Shown one piece after another: positions 1 through 434 of a stretch of DNA of 434 bases. The stretch is from sequence record MW984357.1; one strand, given 5' to 3'. This stretch comes from a phage. A program made the translations under genes and the position numbers. The notes under the pieces are model-generated. The model worked only from the letters and a program-made list of their open reading frames with translations. It was not told the origin of the DNA and did no database searches. How positions within the stretch are numbered: the stretch's first letter is position 1; each line of letters opens with the position of its first letter.

Positions 1-434
1 CTCACGTGCTACAGCTTTTTCGCAAAATCTTTAGTGGTACCTTTCTATTCTCACTCTCAGAATAGTCCGATTCTTCAGTATTGGTTGGCGCGGGGTGGAG
101 GTTCGGCCGAAACTGTTGAAAGTTGTTTAGCAAAATCCCATACAGAAAATTCATTTACTAACGTCTGGAAAGACGACAAAACTTTAGATCGTTACGCTAA
201 CTATGAGGGCTGTCTGTGGAATGCTACAGGCGTTGTAGTTTGTACTGGTGACGAAACTCAGTGTTACGGTACATGGGTTCCTATTGGGCTTGCTATCCCT
301 GAAAATGAGGGTGGTGGCTCTGAGGGTGGCGGTTCTGAGGGTGGCGGTTCTGAGGGTGGCGGTACTAAACCTCCTGAGTACGGTGATACACCTATTCCGG
401 GCTATACTTATATCAACCTCTCGACGGAATACAC
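1..434 (+). CDS. gIII: Filamentous-phage gene III (minor coat protein pIII/g3p) with N-terminal displayed-peptide fusion; partial at both ends, frame 1
   Basis: Frame 1 is open across all 434 nt. Translation from position 31 gives LVVPFYSHS-QNSPILQYWLAR-GGGS-AETVESCLAKSHTENSFTNVWKDDKTLDRYANYEGCLWNATGVVVCTGDETQCYGTWVPIGLAIPENEGGGSEGGGSEGGGSEGGGTKPPEYGDTPIPGYTYIN..., which matches my memory of M13 pIII (signal peptide C-terminus, N1 domain, Gly-rich linker, start of N2). No in-frame start codon for the leader is present in the window. Positions 1-28 and 418-434 deviate from the canonical sequence. Confidence 0.9.
29..57 (+). other. C-terminal portion of pIII signal peptide (…LVVPFYSHS), ending at the leader peptidase cleavage site after HS
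   Basis: Codons tta gtg gta cct ttc tat tct cac tct at 31-57 match the M13KE leader, including the engineered gtg gta cc (KpnI) change from wild-type gtt gtt cc. Upstream of position 29 the sequence no longer matches the canonical leader (MKKLLFAIP). Confidence 0.85.
36..41. other. KpnI/Acc65I site (GGTACC), the engineered 5' cloning site of M13KE-type display vectors
   Basis: Exact GGTACC at 36-41 inside the signal-peptide coding region. Wild-type M13 has GTTGTTCC here, so the site indicates an engineered vector. Confidence 0.85.
58..93 (+). other. Randomized 12-codon library insert encoding displayed peptide QNSPILQYWLAR
   Basis: 36 nt lie exactly between the leader end (tct cac tct) and the ggt gga ggt tcg spacer. 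The codons are cag aat agt ccg att ctt cag tat tgg ttg gcg cgg, and all 12 end in G or T (NNK), as expected for a degenerate-oligonucleotide library. No in-frame amber codon. Confidence 0.9.
94..105 (+). other. GGGS flexible spacer (ggt gga ggt tcg) between displayed peptide and mature pIII
   Basis: The sequence ggtggaggttcg directly precedes gcc gaa act gtt (AETV, mature pIII N-terminus). This spacer is the standard one in Ph.D.-type vectors as I recall. Confidence 0.85.
104..109. other. EagI site (CGGCCG), the engineered 3' cloning site of the display cassette
   Basis: Exact CGGCCG at 104-109, spanning the spacer Ser codon and the Ala1/Glu2 codons of mature pIII. Confidence 0.85.
122..143 (-). 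other. Binding site of the standard -28 gIII sequencing primer (5'-GTATGGGATTTTGCTAAACAAC-3')
   Basis: The + strand gttgtttagcaaaatcccatac at 122-143 is the exact reverse complement of the primer as I recall it. Its 3' end lies 29 nt downstream of the insert end, consistent with the primer name. Confidence 0.75.
190..209 (-). other. Binding site of the standard -96 gIII sequencing primer (5'-CCCTCATAGTTAGCGTAACG-3')
   Basis: The + strand cgttacgctaactatgaggg at 190-209 is the exact reverse complement of the primer as I recall it. Its 3' end lies 97 nt downstream of the insert end, consistent with the primer name. Confidence 0.75.
307..366 (+). repeat. In-frame 15-nt tandem repeat (gag ggt ggY ggN tct; four units, the last ending act) encoding the pIII glycine-rich linker EGGGS-EGGGS-EGGGS-EGGGT between N1 and N2
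   Basis: Units at 307-321, 322-336, 337-351 and 352-366. Units 2 and 3 are identical (gagggtggcggttct), unit 1 differs at two wobble-like positions, and unit 4 ends act (Thr) instead of tct. Confidence 0.9.
367..434 (+). other. Start of pIII N2 domain (F-pilus-binding domain), truncated by the window end; the last ~17 nt deviate from canonical
   Basis: Translation KPPEYGDTPIPGYTYIN matches canonical pIII. After that the window reads ...LSTEY where I expect ...PLDGTY, consistent with one missing C in the CCC run near 417-418 plus substitutions in the last 7 nt. Confidence 0.7.

Larger units (their letters stand above)
106..306 (+). other. pIII N1 domain (mature residues 1-67; TolA-binding domain of Ff phage g3p)
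   Basis: Translation AETVESCLAKSHTENSFTNVWKDDKTLDRYANYEGCLWNATGVVVCTGDETQCYGTWVPIGLAIPEN with four Cys (C7, C36, C46, C53) matches the known N1 domain. Domain boundaries and function are from established knowledge, not visible in the sequence itself. Confidence 0.85.

Noticed and set aside
6-8. GTG at 6-8 as the gene III initiation codon (wild-type gene III does start with GTG)
   Set aside because: It is in frame 3, whereas the pIII leader, insert and N1 are in frame 1. Translating from it runs into TAG at 63-65. It also lacks the recognisable ggag RBS of the native gene upstream. More likely a shifted or garbled copy of the true start at a noisy read end.
63-65. TAG (amber) within the insert as a suppressor-dependent codon
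   Set aside because: The TAG is out of frame (frame 3) relative to pIII. In the display frame the insert has no stop or amber codon.
58-93. Insert as a natural horizontally acquired or hypervariable segment of a phage adsorption protein
   Set aside because: It is flanked precisely by engineered KpnI and EagI sites and the GGGS spacer, with a perfect NNK pattern. That fits a synthetic library insert rather than natural variation.
106-135. Possible hairpin or terminator-like symmetry around gaaactgttgaaagttgtttagc
   Set aside because: The symmetry is imperfect and lies inside the pIII coding sequence (AETVESCLAK), with no following U-tract. No support for a regulatory element.
307-366. Possible CRISPR-like or noncoding direct-repeat array
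   Set aside because: Units are directly adjacent with no spacers, only 15 nt long, in frame, and encode the well-known EGGGS linker of pIII. This is a coding tandem repeat, not a CRISPR array.
1-434. Genes on the reverse strand or a previously undescribed natural system
   Set aside because: Ff phages encode all genes on the + strand, and this window is fully accounted for by the gene III display fusion. I found no independent signal supporting a reverse-strand gene.

Overview
This window does not look like a natural genomic locus. It reads as an engineered filamentous-phage (M13/fd, Ff group) gene III phage-display fusion of the M13KE / Ph.D.-12 type. A single open reading frame (frame 1, + strand) runs across the whole window with no stop codon. 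In order, it encodes: the C-terminal part of the pIII signal peptide (...LVVPFYSHS) carrying an engineered KpnI/Acc65I site; a 36-nt insert whose 12 codons all fit the NNK pattern (encoding QNSPILQYWLAR); a GGGS spacer overlapping an EagI site; the mature pIII N1 domain (AETVESCLAK...); the glycine-rich EGGGS linker; and the start of the N2 domain. The binding sites of the two standard gene III sequencing primers (-28 and -96) are both present at the expected distances from the insert. The first ~28 nt and the last ~17 nt differ from canonical gene III as I recall it, including an apparent 1-nt deletion near position 417-418. I read these as low-quality read ends or deliberate edits rather than biology. 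I see no evidence of a novel natural system; the only non-canonical, potentially new element is the displayed 12-mer. All identifications are from reading the sequence and memory of vector sequences; no database search was run.
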